Source: Lama glama (lineage: Eukaryota). From it: a DNA stretch of 64,000 nt. Under the pieces are notes generated by a model. That model worked only from the letters and a program-made list of their open reading frames with translations, made no database searches and was not told the origin of the DNA. The stretch covers positions 38,876,001 to 38,940,000 of the forward strand of contig CM052817.1 of the NCBI GenBank assembly GCA_028534125.1, read 5' to 3'. Of this stretch, positions 35,872-50,036 are shown piece by piece (the first letter of the stretch is position 1; each line of letters starts with the position of its first letter). Position numbers and translations under genes: made by a program.

Positions 35872-37915
35872 GTATTAAGTTAATAATGAAAATTCACACC
35901 CAACTACTCACAGCTGTAACGCTTTTAACAGTAGAGCCCCTAAGCCAACCCCCATCTTCCCTAAAGATCAACAGGGAAAGAAGGAAGAGGTACTTGGACC
36001 TCTAACCTCTCTCCCCTCTGTCCCGCCCACACTGGGGTCTTGCTCCCTCTTCTCAAAGCTCCAGAAGGACTCTGGTTGGGCAGTGATTCTAAAGGGGGCA
36101 GCAATGGAGGATGCAAAATACAAGTAGGTAAAAAAATCTCTGGGAGAAACTTTTAAAAGCTGTATAAATGCCCAGCCCTGGTATATCCTTTCCCCCGAGG
36201 TAGGGGTTGAACCTATGAGACTTTGCTGATACGAATGTGGGTAAGCCAGGAAAAGAGGCTGAGAAACATGGCCATAGAGTTCCTCCGGGCCTCCTCCTTG
36301 AAGGGCAGAGTCCTAGGTAGCCAGGAGGGCAGAAGGACAGGAAAGGGGTGGTTGCCCTCTGGTTCTCATGGATGGAATTGGATCCCACTGCTCACAAAGT
36401 AAAGTATTCACATTTCTCTTCAGCGACATTACCATTTTTTTTAATCTCCTACAATGGAAACTGTCTGTGATTCCAATCCAACTTTTTGACCCCTATTCCC
36501 TAATAAATACATACCTTCTGCTCAGGAGAGCTAGGAATGTCCCACCTGCAGCACACACCTCTTCTGTCCCCACCAAGAACCTGCTGGGTGCTGCTTCCGT
36601 AACCCAGACATGCTTCACTCACGAGCCTGTCTTAGTTTAAGTGACCGTCTCTCTCTCGCCTTCTCCAAGAAGCCTCTAGAATCACTGCAGCCCATCCTGA
36701 CCTAGTTTTTTTCCCCTACACTTATAATCAATCCAGCATGGTTTAGCTTTTAATTATTCTTCAACTACTTAATCTACCTAAAATTTCCATACACTTCACA
36801 ACTCATGAAGAAACTTTTCAAAAGGAAAAATCAGCTATTACTAAAATCAAGAAACTATTTTTTGACTACTGTAAAACCCAAAGGTTATACACTTGTTTTA
36901 ATAAGACACTGGTCCCTCTGGCTGACACTAATCAAACAACTGTATTCAAAGGCATGGCCAGGTAGGTTCATTATGAACTATATTATCATGTTTCCTGATC
37001 AAGGTCCTGATAATTAAGAAACCTGAAAAGTTTTAAAAATGTATAAAAATTTAATTATTAAGAGTTATTTGATTTTCTTTTTTAACCATTTTTGCATCTA
37101 TTTTTACATACACAATATTCCAGGGGCCAGTAACTGCTGGTGCTATTTAGAAGGGTGCTTTGCACACTGCCCCCATCAGTCTTCCTCTTCCCTCTGACCA
37201 CCCTCCTTGTTGCATGCCACGGGGCCCAGGGCCTGACAGAGACCAAACCAGGAACAATAAGGTGGGGCTATCCCTCCTCTCACAACCCTGGCCCTCCTAG
37301 GGCTTTGGGGGCCTTTGAGGAGAGTAAGTCAGCCTGCAGGGGTGGGATGGGAGGGAGGGAGACAGATGCTCAGCTTGGGCTTCCCCCTCCCACCTCTCCC
37401 CACCCTGAATAAACCACTAATCACTTACAAAACAAAACAAAACAAAAAAACCCAAAATATCCACAACTATGTTCATCTTTCAGTCTTTGAAATATGAAAT
37501 TTTGTGTAAGGTCTCATGTCAACTGAGGGGAAACAAAGCAAAAGATTACATATATTTGTAACATTTTATAAAATGAAACTTTATGTTAAAATTGTAATTT
37601 TAAAGGATATAAAAGCATGTCTGTATATAGCTGGGGTTTTTTAAAAAAGAGAACAAGAATAGTGTATATATTCAATATAAATTAGGCATCTCTACAAAGA
37701 ATGAAAGGTGAGATATGAAAACAGTTGTGTTGAAGTGAGAGTGTCTAAAAGAGATTTTCTTCTTTTCAAAATTCAAATTTATTCTTTTTTGTTTATCTTC
37801 CTTTAAAATCAACCTATACGGCCAACTGTGTAGCTGCTGACTGAGCAGGATGCTTCCTTACAAACTTCGGAAAAGACTCGGATTTTCGTAGCTGGAACAG
37901 TTTTAAGCTACTTAC

Positions 37916-38013
37916 CAGCTGAGAGTTCTAAACCACGGCAGGTCGTAAGAGCGATAGACTCTGTAACCTATGGTGATGATCTCATGGAAGCATTTCACTT
38001 GGATGCTCAGGAC
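37916..38013 (-). CDS. CDS1: CDS1 exon 4 ([33 protein letters not shown])
   Basis: 98 nt, ggtttcag|GTC ... TG|gtaagt. Confidence 0.98.
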
Positions 38014-38884
38014 CTGAAACCACAAGAAAACATAACACGCATTTCTCAATATTTACATTTATGCTTAGTCGCTTGTCATGATTTTAAAAATCTTCAGCCT
38101 AACCTGCCCACTTTTAGTTATTCTAAGTATCAGCAGCAAAATCTCAGCATTGAACTTCTCTAAAATCAGTGCTGCCCCAAAGGGGTAAGCAAAACAGTGA
38201 TTCATTCAAAAACTTTGAGAGATCATTCCCAGGGTAGGAGGCGGCACTGGAGTTCAGGGTTTGCGGGATACAGTCTGGTTGGTCACAGCCAACTAGGCTT
38301 TATCCCTCATTATTGTTTCCTTTCTTGAGGTTGTCCACCTCAAGGTGAATGACCTTTTTGTCTATTTTGTTTCTTGAGTTATCCTAAGAAAATGATCAGC
38401 TGTGAAAGTTTGCTTGTATATATTTATTTTTAACCATGCAACTGGATATGCTTGCCAAGGATAAAGATGCCGTCAAGACATATGGCTAAAACATCTTTAC
38501 CCAGCTACCCAGGGGCTTCCCACCATGCCAGCTCTCCCACAGCCAGCCACACACATCTCTGATCAACACAAGCAGAGCCACACTGGCCTGTCAAGTCAGT
38601 CTATGCAATTTCTGTCTGCACAGTGTCCAATACACATGCCTAGTAAAGGGATTTGTATTCGTGAATCCATTTTTGATGGTCTCTGTAGCAGTCCTTCAAA
38701 CTGCCGCGTCCACCAGTCTGAGTAAAGGTAATTCCTGAGAATGTAGCATCATATCCAGTGTTTGGTTTAAGTCAATTCCAAGGCTCAGAGCAAATGGCAA
38801 GTTGAACACTTAGCACTATCAATGAAGAGGTTCCAACCGTTGTGAAAATAGACTTTTTCAACCTCTAGAAAACATATCCAAGGG

Positions 38885-39035
38885 CTTGTTTTTGTACAGC
38901 CCTGGAACTAAGAATGGACTTTATATTTCTAAAAAGTTAAAAACAAAAACAAAGATTATATGACAGAGACATACGTGGCTCCTTAAAGCCCAAAATGTTA
39001 CCGTCTGGTCCTTTACAGAGAAAGTTAACCAAACT
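38885..39035. mobile_element. MER58-family hAT MITE fragment
   Basis: tttttgtacagccc..aactaagaatgg and aagcccaaaatgttaccgtctggtcctttacagagaaagtt resemble MER58 subfamilies. Confidence 0.55.
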
Positions 39036-39699
39036 ACCGAAGGACGTACTTTGGGATTTCTTTTTAAGATCTCCAGAGAAGCTTTCCCAAACCTGCTGCT
39101 CAAGATGTTCTTGAGCTGTTTTTCCTCACTATACTTATTACATGTCCAATCACATACTGAAAAGATTAGTTGTGTCCCCTCAGCCACATGGTAAGAAAAT
39201 ATTACGCCAAACTACTATAAGCAGTAGTAAATATAATATAAATGTGTTATAATATAAAGACAAGAAAATATTTAAATATTGCCCTTCAGATTATCTTTGA
39301 ATAAAATATCAAGACTTTTTTTAACAAAAATAACCATAGAATGGTACAATGCTAAATGTTAAAATGGCAAAACTATGCTATTTATGGAACCAAGGGCTTA
39401 TAAAATATCAAATGCACTGATGCAATTTCTATGAATACATTTGTTCAAGAACAACCATAACCACTATATATGGTATTTAACTGAGGGGAGAAAAAAAGTA
39501 TTTTTGATATCACACAAATATATGTATGTGATTGTCACTTACAACTTGCCAGCAGAATTAATACGGAACTGCTAGGCAAATAGAAAACAGGGGATTCAAA
39601 ATACTAGAGTGAAAATCCTTAAAACATATGTATGTCTTCCAGGGCTGGGTGATCACACAGAAACTGATACTCCATAAGTACTGGCAGCAATGCATTGGT

Positions 39700-40450
39700 A
39701 GGACTCTGTTGGCCCAATTAATGTGTTAAGAGCATTAAAAACAACAATTGATAAGCAAATGCCTATTCTGCTGATTACTGAGGATTCAGAGAATAATATG
39801 GGGCTTCTGTTCTCAGAGAGGCAGTCTGTCATGGAGAACACACACAACTACAATACCATGTGGAAACAGCCATGTGGACATAAGTACAGGCAGACCCAAA
39901 ATCTGTGGCAGGGGTAGGGAAGGGTCAGTTGGGGCAAAGGAGGAGGATGTGCAGAGTCATGTATGTAGGTGAGGACGAGGATGTGGAGGGAACTACAAGT
40001 AGTTCAGAGGTGCTGGAACACAGAGCTGAGGGTGAGAAGTCGAGAGAGTTGAGTCTGGTCACACCATCGCAGGACACAGCACGAAGGACAGCACAAGGGA
40101 GTTCGTGCTGATCATGAAAGAACGTGATCAGATGTGTGTCTAGGGATCACAGATGGAAAGGATTGACTAGAGAGGCAGGCAAGACATCACTTTCCAGATG
40201 AGCATGGATGAACATCTAACTGGGACAGCGGCAGAGGAGGGTGGACTACAAGAAATATGAGACACTGAGGAGATAGAACTGACTGGACTTGGTGGTTGAG
40301 GAAACTGGGGGGCTAAGAAGGAGAGGGGAGCACAGAATAACACCAGGAAAGGCTTGGAAAAGTAGACAGATTTATTCAGAATGGGTGGCGATGGAACAGA
40401 AGTTCAGATTTGGATAGGCTGAGTTTGAACTATGGTACCCATGGTTTATC
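39700..40450 (-). mobile_element. Highly decayed L2 fragment
   Basis: Purine-rich + strand with L2-like motifs (gttcagatttggataggctgagtttgaa, gatagaactgactggacttggtg). Confidence 0.45.
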
Positions 40451-43400
40451 CAAATAAAAGAGCCTATTGTCAATCTGGGGATCTATTTGAAGAAAATAAT
40501 CCTGCATATGAAAAAGCTTTGCATTCTAATATGTTCAGGGTAATGTTATTCACAAAAAGGAAAAGCCAGAATATAACCTGAACGTCTAAAAATAAACACA
40601 CTGGTTTAAATAACTTACGCTGTGCTCCATTCTGTTGAGTAGATGAATGTATTAAAGCTGATGGCTGTAAAGACTGTGGAGCAACTCAAAACATTCGATG
40701 TGATATTTAGTTTAAAAAGAAGGATACAAAATTTTAGTCACATTAGAATTACAATGATAGTTTTTTAAAAGAAAAAAAGATGAAAGGAAATGTCAGTATT
40801 AATTGAGTTTTGGTGGCTGATGATAGGATTGGGGTGACTTTTTAAAATTATATATTTTCCAAAGTAATTCTAATAGACTTTTATAACTCTCACAATGGGA
40901 GAAAAATTAAATGTACCATTTAAAAGTAAATTAAAGAATGTGAATTATAACAATTATTATAGGAGTTTCCAGGAAGGGGTGGGGGGACTCTCTTATGATA
41001 TTTTTTTATATCTTTAAATCAAAATATGTTTTAGTAACTCCATCACTTAGAAAGTGTGATTCCAAGCTGTGAACGCAATAATTAAAGCACTATTATGTAG
41101 AAGGTTGAAGGAAAAAAAGCTCCTTTTATTTTCAGGAATATGAGTATGAGTTCCATCTTAGAATAGCAGCTATCATTTCCTAGAAGTAAATTTTTAATAA
41201 AGCTCTCTTCCATTAGTCATCTTGGAGTGCTGATATTACAAGGTGCATGTACAAGCTAGCTACAATGCGTACTTCTCAAAATAGAAATGATCTATTTATG
41301 GTTATGAATGTAAATAAGACTTTAAAATACATAAAAGTCATATCACTTGAGTACCAACAGTGTGGGCATATGTGTACATCCATCCATATTCCCTTAACAT
41401 AAACATTATAAATACAACACATGTCCATCTGCATGTGTCCCTGTGTGCATGTATGCATGTACACATGCGCATGCAACAAACCTTAAATAAGAGCACTCAC
41501 AATTCAAATCCACTTTAACTACATCTTTAATATTCTTCTATTCTTCTCTGATTAAATTCACCAATCAAAGAAATAACTTGTAATAAAACGGTATCTTCCT
41601 TTCATAGAAAAAGAAAAAAGAAAAAAAAGCCCAAGTACTTCAGGTGGGCTTTTGATTTTCTGTTTAAAAAAATCAGAATCCAAATATGCAAGATGTCTTT
41701 AAAGGTGTTTTAAATTTTGTAACATAAGAATGGCTAAAAATTCATCTCTATCCACAAATTCTGACTCAGTTACCACACCAAACAGTTCAGCTTGGAGAGC
41801 AATGTAATTTATGCACAGAGAACCCACCAAACCAACCTGAGCCAGTGCATCCAGAATACTGGTGTTTTGCAGTATCTTACATCAAAATTACCTGCTAAGA
41901 GGAATCATAAATCAAACTATCCCTAATATTTTAAATGGCTCCTTAATGCTTTACAAATAAATTCCAACTTCTTAACAAAGTACTGCAAGGTCCTCCAAGA
42001 TATGATTCCTCACTGTGTTTTCACATTTAAAGGCCCCATGCTCAAGAAATGGTATGACCTGCCCTTTCCTGACACACTTGGCCACTGGGACTTTTGCTCA
42101 CAATTCTCACCCGACCCTGACAGGTCCTCAAGGTCTGCTCAAAGGTCCTTTCATCCCCAAAGCCTCAGTGAGCTGCCTGCCATCACCCATTCTCCTCTTC
42201 TCCAGGATCGACCACCATCACACACACAGAACTGAAAAGCGCTCTACACACACCCACTCCTGAAATGCCCAGTCCAGGGGCCACTGGTGGTCACTGGCAC
42301 TGAGAGCCTGCAGTGGGTTCAGACCGAGGGGACTGGCAACTGGAGCCCTTTCCTCAAATCACACCTGGACAGTGCTCACATCTGCCCACCTGGATCTCAC
42401 AAACTCAGCATCCTCTAGCCTCACGTTAAGTCAGTCCTATCCATTATCCATTTTTCCATTGTAAGAAAAAGCTCTTTAGGATCTCAGCAAATTAACAGCA
42501 CAGACAAAGTCTTTCACATTCATTTTTTACCTTGATTCCTCAAAGAAGTACAAAATTAATGAGAGCATGAAAAGAAAAGTGAAAGGGCTTTATGGTGCTT
42601 ATAAGAGCTGCTTTAATTGGTTTCAGGAGTCGATGGAATTTTTGGAATTTTTTCTCAATCATGTCTAACTTCACTTCAAAACTTATTCTTTTATAAAAAA
42701 AAAAATAAAAGGACAGCCATCATATTGCTCATAGCTTATCACTGTGAATAAGAGTGAGCATGAAGAAGGGAAGACAGGTGAGATGGGTAAACCCATTTCT
42801 GAGGGCGCCAGAGCAGCCAGACAACAGGGGGATGAGTACATAAGAGGAGGCTGAACTAACTGAGACGGATGAAGGAAAATAATAAAAAGGAGGGACACCG
42901 TGCACTCCCCTGCGAGCAGGCCCTCACCGCTCACCGCCAAACCACGCTCAGCACTCAGGAAGGGCTTGATGAATTTGCTGAACAAAATTTCTCCTTCTTA
43001 CTTCTACCACTCTGGGCTTCCAATGTTTCATGTCTCCTTAGATACCAAGGCTTTTATACACAGGGAATTCTCTGCTGTGATAGCCCTTCCCCCAAGCTCC
43101 CCCCTTCACCCCTACTCAGCCTTCAGATCGCATTGCATGTGCTGGGCACTGGATAAAGTCTGGAAGACTCCCAGCTCTGCTCTCAGGGCATTCTTTTTTT
43201 TCAAAATACTTATTACAGTTTGTGAGTATATATCTGATCAATTCCTTAAAATGTAGACAGTAAGCTCCCTGAGGGCAGACACAGGTGTGCTTTTTCCAGT
43301 ACCACTCCCCAGAACTAGTGCCTGGCACATAGCAGGTATCTTGAAGCATCTGCTAAATGGATGAATTAAAAGCTTAAAATACTTGTGTGGCTTCATGACT

Positions 43401-44094
43401 TGTTGGGCTTCCTGTACACAACAAAATCCCAAACTCCCAGAATGGCTTCTGCTCACCTCCCTAGTCCCATCCCTAGACACCTCCACGTGTATAACCCGCA
43501 AATCCCCCAACAGACCACAGTCTCTTGTTACCGACACCCCTGCCCCTGATGTTCTCACCTTGGAATGCCTTCCCCTGCTTGGGGCTTCTTTAAGACTCAG
43601 GTGTGGCATCACCTTTCCTGGAAGTCTTCCCTCATCTCTTTCTCAGACTGGATGAGGTAATTTTCTTACCATGCTCTTCTGAAAGATCTGTCACAGGTCT
43701 GATCCTACTCATTTACTATACCATTTATTCATGTGGTTATTTACATGTCTCTGCCATTAGACTGAGTCCGCTGAAGTTGGGGTCTAGCCAGTAGTCAGAC
43801 CTGCTATTGAAGTCATGTGTTTGTGTTTCTGTTCTACATTTTGCTTGGCACAAAGATGTGTATCTATTGTGCATACTTGGTCTCTGCTGAATGACCACAT
43901 GGAATGGCCACCTTGCAAATGGGAAAGAACAGTTCAGAGCATTTCGTGAACCAGAAGATGCTTAACGGAACTAAATTTGCTGTTACCACCAACTCTCAAA
44001 TTACCTTCTTTTTCATGACATGCTCAAATTACTTCAGTCATATCAATACCAGAAAACAAAGCAAGAGACACCTGGGCAAAAGTAAAACACTTAC

Positions 44095-44191
44095 AAGAAG
44101 CATCAGCATAAAGGATCCCATATAGATGATCAGGAAAAACAACGAAATCATAGTCAGAGTAAGAATTCCACGAATCCACCAGTTTTTCCAC
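44095..44191 (-). CDS. CDS1: CDS1 exon 3 (WKNWWIRGILTLTMISLFFLIIYMGSFMLMLL)
   Basis: 97 nt, ttcctttgcag|G ... CTT|gtaagt; conserved RWKNWWIRG motif. Confidence 0.98.
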
Positions 44192-45784
44192 CTGCAAAGG
44201 AAAAGTTTGAAAAGTTAGCATTGAACGTGTTCTTAAGTCATTTTGTGTTGTTTCGGTACTGAGTTGCCAAACTTACAGATTTCTCTTAACTATGCTTCAG
44301 GAATCCCCTACTTTACAACAAAAACCAACCAAACAGACCAATAGCATTCATTCACGCACTGAGAGCTAAATGAAGTGTAAAAATTATGTTAGCTAAAGAA
44401 AGAAACTAGATTGTGTTCAGTGTGAGTAAGGATGAATCACGAGGCTGGGAAGTGGCCAATGGGGATGTGTGCATATTCTGCCGGGGTCATCGGAAGGGCA
44501 GGAGGAGCCAGGCGCTCAGCCCTCTCAAAGGACGCCCCTCCTTCAAGGTGGTTGATAAACACCGTAGCGATTCTGAGGTGGTGTAAGCCAGAAAGCACGG
44601 CCTTCCAGTGAGTACAATTAAAGAAAGGACAACAGGGAACTGAAACTGGAGAGCACAGCGATTTCAGGGAAACAAGGAAGGCGCAGGGAGGTCAGCCACG
44701 CAAGGGCACTTCTTTCTGTTGCTCAATGTGTGTTGCCTGCTTTCCTGAGGGACAGAGAATTTAGCAGAAAACTGCTCTCTTCTCCTTGGCCCTCTGCTGG
44801 TTCTCAGAGCAGAGCTTCCCTGCTGGGACACCTGGCTGGTTCCCCGGTAGGCTGGGACTTGACCTCCCTCAACCCTTTGCTGTCAGTAAGGGCCTGGGGA
44901 GCCCAACTGCCCCCCACCCAGCCTCACACTTCATCCCCAGTGTAGCTTACAAACATTTTCACTCTTTACATGGCCATGTCATGAAAAATATCAGCAACCA
45001 CTGTATAAAACACCCCAAATTATTCTACTAATACCTATAAAGGAATGAGGATTTCTGAATCTAAAATTGCCACCTCCTTCTTTCATTCATTCTACACCCA
45101 TTTTACATTATACTCGCAGTAAATTTTTTTTAAAGAATTTTCTGATTTCTATTAATTCAAATGATAGCATTTAAGTTACGTCAGAAGAGACTTCGATTCA
45201 ACATCTGGTAACACATATGCACTGTATTCTAAGCACAAGCCCTCATTCTCTTCCCTACAACAGAAATATTAGCTGCTTTCGTCCATTTATCAAATACTGA
45301 TTTACATCCCCTGCTTGCAATCACTGTCCTGTATAGTCTAGATACTGCTAACTACTCTTCCTCAGATATTCCTGTGATCATGTCCTTTCTGCGCTCGAGA
45401 TCTGAAACACCAATAACATTAAGCCCAAGCTCCTTTATCCAGCTTCCAAGGTTTTTCATGAGGTGGTCAAATTGTACTTACCCGGCTTTATTTCCCTCTA
45501 CTGTTTAACAAACTATGGAGACTCATACATTTTTCATGAGTCCATAAGCTTTGGGGCTGAGCTGAAATGAGTGAAGAGTCAAAACTGCTATGGTTGAAAG
45601 GTTCCTTTTGGTTTTACAGGCTGAACTGTTTGAGGATGAACAAATGGATTAGGAAACCGGGCTAGGCTGCGGAGCTAGTCAGAGGTAAACAAAGAACCCT
45701 AAACCAGTCTCCTGATAATAATCCAGTCCAGTTTGCATGAACCTCAGAAATGCATTTAGCCCTGTTTTATAACTGATTCTCAGA

Positions 45785-45943
45785 GGGAAGGGTATAGCTC
45801 AAATGGTAGAGCACTTGCTTAGTATGTACTAGGTCCTGGGTTCAATCCCCAGTACGTCCACTGAAAAAGTAAAAAAAATAAATAAAATTAATTACCACCC
45901 CCCTACAAAAAAAAATTATAAAATAAATAAATAAAACTCTTTC
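45785..45943 (+). mobile_element. tRNA-derived SINE (camelid Vic-1 type), second copy
   Basis: Homologous to 29604-29740; 17-bp TSD tataactgattctcaga / tataaccaattctcaga (45768-45784, 45944-45960; 2 mismatches). Confidence 0.9.
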
Positions 45944-46242
45944 TATAACCAATTCTCAGATGCAGAATTATCCAGAACCTCTCCTAGAGAAAAGGACACT
46001 ACTCAAGTGTCAGAAATCAGTCCCCAGGTGGGAGCTGCAAGGTCCAAGTGTACCTCTAATGTTAGAGGGCTGGCTTTCAGTTTTAGAGAATGGTAGCTTC
46101 TGCAAGAAAAATTCCCTTTCCCCAACAAGATCAAAGACTTAATTTCCTTATTTTAATTAAAATGTCTCCCCCAATCTCCCAAGAATACCTAATACAAAGT
46201 TAAGCACATGAAACCACATTTTTAACTATAATGGATATGTCT

Positions 46243-46427
46243 TTTTTTTAATTGAAATATAGTCAGCTTACAATGTTGTGTCAATTTCTGGCATATAGCA
46301 TGTTTCAGTCATACATACATATACATATATTTCTTTTCATTATAGGTTATTAAAAGATACTGAATATAGTTCCTTGTGTTATACAGTATAACTTGTTGTT
46401 TATTTTTATCTATAGTAGTTAGTAGCA
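46243..46427 (-). mobile_element. 5'-truncated L1 3' UTR, sense to CDS1
   Basis: Homologous to 30327-30550; 9-bp TSD gatatgtct (46234-46242, 46428-46436). Confidence 0.85.
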
Positions 46428-47139
46428 GATATGTCTATTGATAACAGTAACCAAAAATTATCTCTTAGGGAAGAAGCACTAATTCAAAACAGAGCTTTAA
46501 TATGCAAAAACATACCACTGTTACTAAAATCCAGTCTGGTTCCAAATTCAAAATTCTCAATTTCCTTTACCTCAATTTCCTACAGTAAAGGAGAAAGCCT
46601 TAATTTTGAGTCCAAGTCATCACACCTCACAGATTGTCTTAGATAAAGGAACTCAGAATCAGTAGAGGAGAATTTCATTCAAGTCTCATGTCTCCAGGAC
46701 CTATACGAACCAGAAACGAGATTTCTAAAAAGTAGATAATTAAACAGTGTCCTTAAAAGTGATTATCTAAGGTGGTTACACACTTATTGCTCAAATCAGT
46801 TATGTGATGCACAATATTTAACTGTTACTCAACTCTTGAATGTTTTTTATCTCAAAACTAATGACAAAGTTAAAAAAAATACATTTTTATAGTGGCACAA
46901 ACATAAATCATCAAAGACCTGGGACAGCAAAAGCACTTGAATCAAGGAAAAGGACACAGAGGCACTCCTCAAGAATACACAAGAACTTGGTGGGCCATCT
47001 AGCAAAGAGCAAGATTTTTGAGGAAGTCCATCTACCAGCCTTAGGAGGAAATGGACAGGAAGGTGCAGGTTCCCAGAGAGAAGGAAGACGGCATCACAGA
47101 GTACAAGAGCATCAGAAAGGCTACGCCTGGCTATGTCCA

Positions 47140-47359
47140 CAGTTTTCCAATCTCAGCACTAGTAACACTTGGGCCAGTTAATTCTTTGTTGTGAAGGGCT
47201 GTTCTATGTACTGCAGGATGTTCCCTGACCTCTACCCACTAGGTGCTAGCAGCACCATCTCTTGTTGCGATAACCTAATGTATCTCCAGATGTTGCCCCA
47301 TGTTCACTGACTGGGGGAAGGTGCAAAATCCAGGGCACCGCCCCTGGAGGGAACTACTA
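47140..47359. mobile_element. MER20 hAT-Charlie element
   Basis: ctcagcacta..acacttgggccagttaattctttgttgtg..gggctgt...ctctacccactaggtgctagcagcacc...tctccagatgttgcc matches recalled MER20. Confidence 0.8.
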
Positions 47360-47851
47360 AATTAGACTCATTGCTGAAGAAGCCCTTCATTAAAGGATAG
47401 AGCCAGACTTCACAGGCTAATTAATATTCATTTCCACAGACTCATACACATGTCAATAAACAGACTGGGACAACTTGCCAGGTGACTGAAGTCCTTTCAA
47501 GCCCATTCCAATTTCAACAACTTACGCTCTTTCTGGCATTATATATTAGAGCCTTAAAAATGAACATAAATCTTGACCAAGCAATGTCACTTTTAAAATT
47601 TTATCCTAAAAAAAAATTATGGACAGTAAATAAAAGTTAGCTATAAAGAAAGAAGTTTAAAGCAGAGTTGGCTTTAACTGTGAAAATTTAGAAATCAACT
47701 AAATGCCCAGCAATACTTGTTTAAATTGAACTATAGCCATATAAAGGAATATATAATATTTACATATATTTAAGGACGTTGTGTCTAATACCATGGAATG
47801 AAAATAAAAATAACAAGGCAGAAAACAGTACGATGCTCTTTTTACATTTTA

Positions 47852-47878
47852 CACACACACACACACACACAAACACAC
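47852..47878. repeat. Short interrupted (CA)n microsatellite
   Basis: Read directly from sequence. Confidence 0.85.
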
Positions 47879-48189
47879 AATGCAAAAGAAAAAAGTTTCG
47901 AAGATAAACAACACAGATTTCTAAATATCAGTGTCTTGGTAGGAGGATTATAGGGTTTTCTTCTGCAATCTATGTAACTTTCTTACATAATTATTATTTT
48001 TACTCCTATGCATCTACAGCTTCTAAGTGTTTGCAAGGCAGACTATTCGGGGTATTAAATAAAAAGAGGCTAAAATGTGTCAGACATAGATTTTCAAACA
48101 TTAACATAACCTTTACAGAAAATTTTCTTTAAAAGATTGAAACTAGTCATATATTATCTGCTATTTATTTTTAAGACCAAGGCTTTCAT

Positions 48190-48420
48190 AACTAGAGCAC
48201 AATGACTATGTTCAGAATGTGGTTCTATCACTTACCAGCTACGTGACCCTTGATAAATAATATTTCTGTGCTTCAGTTTCCCCACTTATACAACAGGTAT
48301 ATTACCATACCTGTGTAACAGGATTGCCTTGAAAATAAGTTAGTCAATACATGTAAAGTGCTTGGAGCAGCACTCAGCAAATATATATGATCAATAAATT
48401 CCTGTTACTACTACTTGCTA
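48190..48420 (+). mobile_element. MIR SINE
   Basis: Core cacttaccagctacgtgaccctt...tctgtgcttcagtttcccac and 3' end catgtaaagtgcttggagcag...tcaataaat. Confidence 0.7.
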
Positions 48421-49409
48421 TTGTTACTTTACACCAGAAAAAAAAAATCAAAGAAAATCTTGTTATGAATGATACGTAGGAATACCGCATCATTCTTATA
48501 TAACCTCAATATGAAAAGAATTCAGATCTGAGATAGACCAGGTTAGATTTTAAAGCAAAGGTACATCTGTGAACTAGGTCATGAAAACAACTGGGACCGA
48601 GAACTATTAAAATAATAATCAGGCTTTTAATAATAGCAAAAATTTATTCTATTGGTTAAAAAATGAAAACTTTAATTTATTCTATTATGGTTATCTTCTA
48701 GGAAATTAAAAATCAGAAAAGCTCATATTTTATTTATTATCCATGACTAAATCAGTGTTTTTCAAACTCCAAATTAGTAATCCAGAATTTTTTTGTTCTG
48801 TTTGATAACATAGAACAGTTACTAAACAGAAAAGAAATCAACAGGATATCACACACAGTAATGTCAAAAATGGATTCATTACATTTTACAGCAGCTGAAA
48901 CAGACGTCTGTGTGTCTCTTGGGGGTACAAAATGGTAAAGGGTTGTGAAGTTTTGGACAATGATTTAAACCTCAGCTAAAAGAAAAAATTACCTATTTCC
49001 ATCTGGCATTTGAAAAACAGGGAACAGAGAATATAGAATGTTCTTAATTAGATATTCCAGTACCATTAAAAGGCAATCTGATGTGGTAAATGGATCACTG
49101 CCTTCAGAAACTTGGCAGACTAGGGCAGGAATGCCAGGTCCACATCTTACTAGCTCTGTAACCTTCTCTAGTTAACCCATAGACTTGGTTTTCTCATACT
49201 TAACAACATTTTAAGGATTAATGAAAGGATGTACATCAAGCATCTAATAGCATGCCTCATTTATGATGAAAAAGCATAAAGCCTTCTCTCTCATAGCTCT
49301 AAAACTTAAAAAAGGTGAAAGTTATTATACTGAACATGGTCCAGGGAACAGGTCCAAACCTCTCAGCTTATCTTGTACACCCATTATATTCACCTTCAAC
49401 CAATCATAC

Positions 49410-49537
49410 CTTGCAGACAAACCAGACAGAGCTCTCTTGAGGATCTCAGGGGTTCTATCTGAGGATGGTGGAATTTCTGGAATATCAGAATCTGTTCTGG
49501 AATCCAAATCTCCATATCTGTCATCAATATCTGTTTC
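49410..49537 (-). CDS. CDS1: CDS1 exon 2 (ETDIDDRYGDLDSRTDSDIPEIPPSSDRTPEILKRALSGLSAR)
   Basis: 128 nt, ttaattttag|GAA ... AG|gtatga; matches the CDS1 (not CDS2) N-terminal region; exon 1 is not in the window. Confidence 0.96.
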
Positions 49538-50036
49538 CTAAAATTAAAGGAAAAATAAAATCACTTAGCAAAATAAAAGGAAGAAAAGCACATGCTTGCC
49601 AATACATTTATTTATTGCTCAGTGTGTAAACTCTCAGTTACATAACTTAAAACAAAGAAATAACTATTAACTTATCTTGAATATTCAAGCATGGTTGTAT
49701 ATCCTAGTTAGAAGAGTTTGATTATCTTTGCTAAAATCTATCAATATAAAGGATTAATTTAAACAAAAGACACAAAAGAAGAATGCCTACATTATCTAAA
49801 TCAGAAATTTACCACAGAATCAAATGTGTTTTGTTTTGCAACTTAACAGAGAACATGATGTTAACTCCATGTAGATTCTGATCGACTGCACACAGTCCGT
49901 TTTTTGTATTATTTGATTACAATTAAAGCATCAACAACAGGAGTAATATATTACACTGGCATAGCATTTCTCTGTGTGTGTGTATACATATACTCAGCAT
50001 TTAAACTTCCATCATTTTTATTAGATCCTCAAAAGA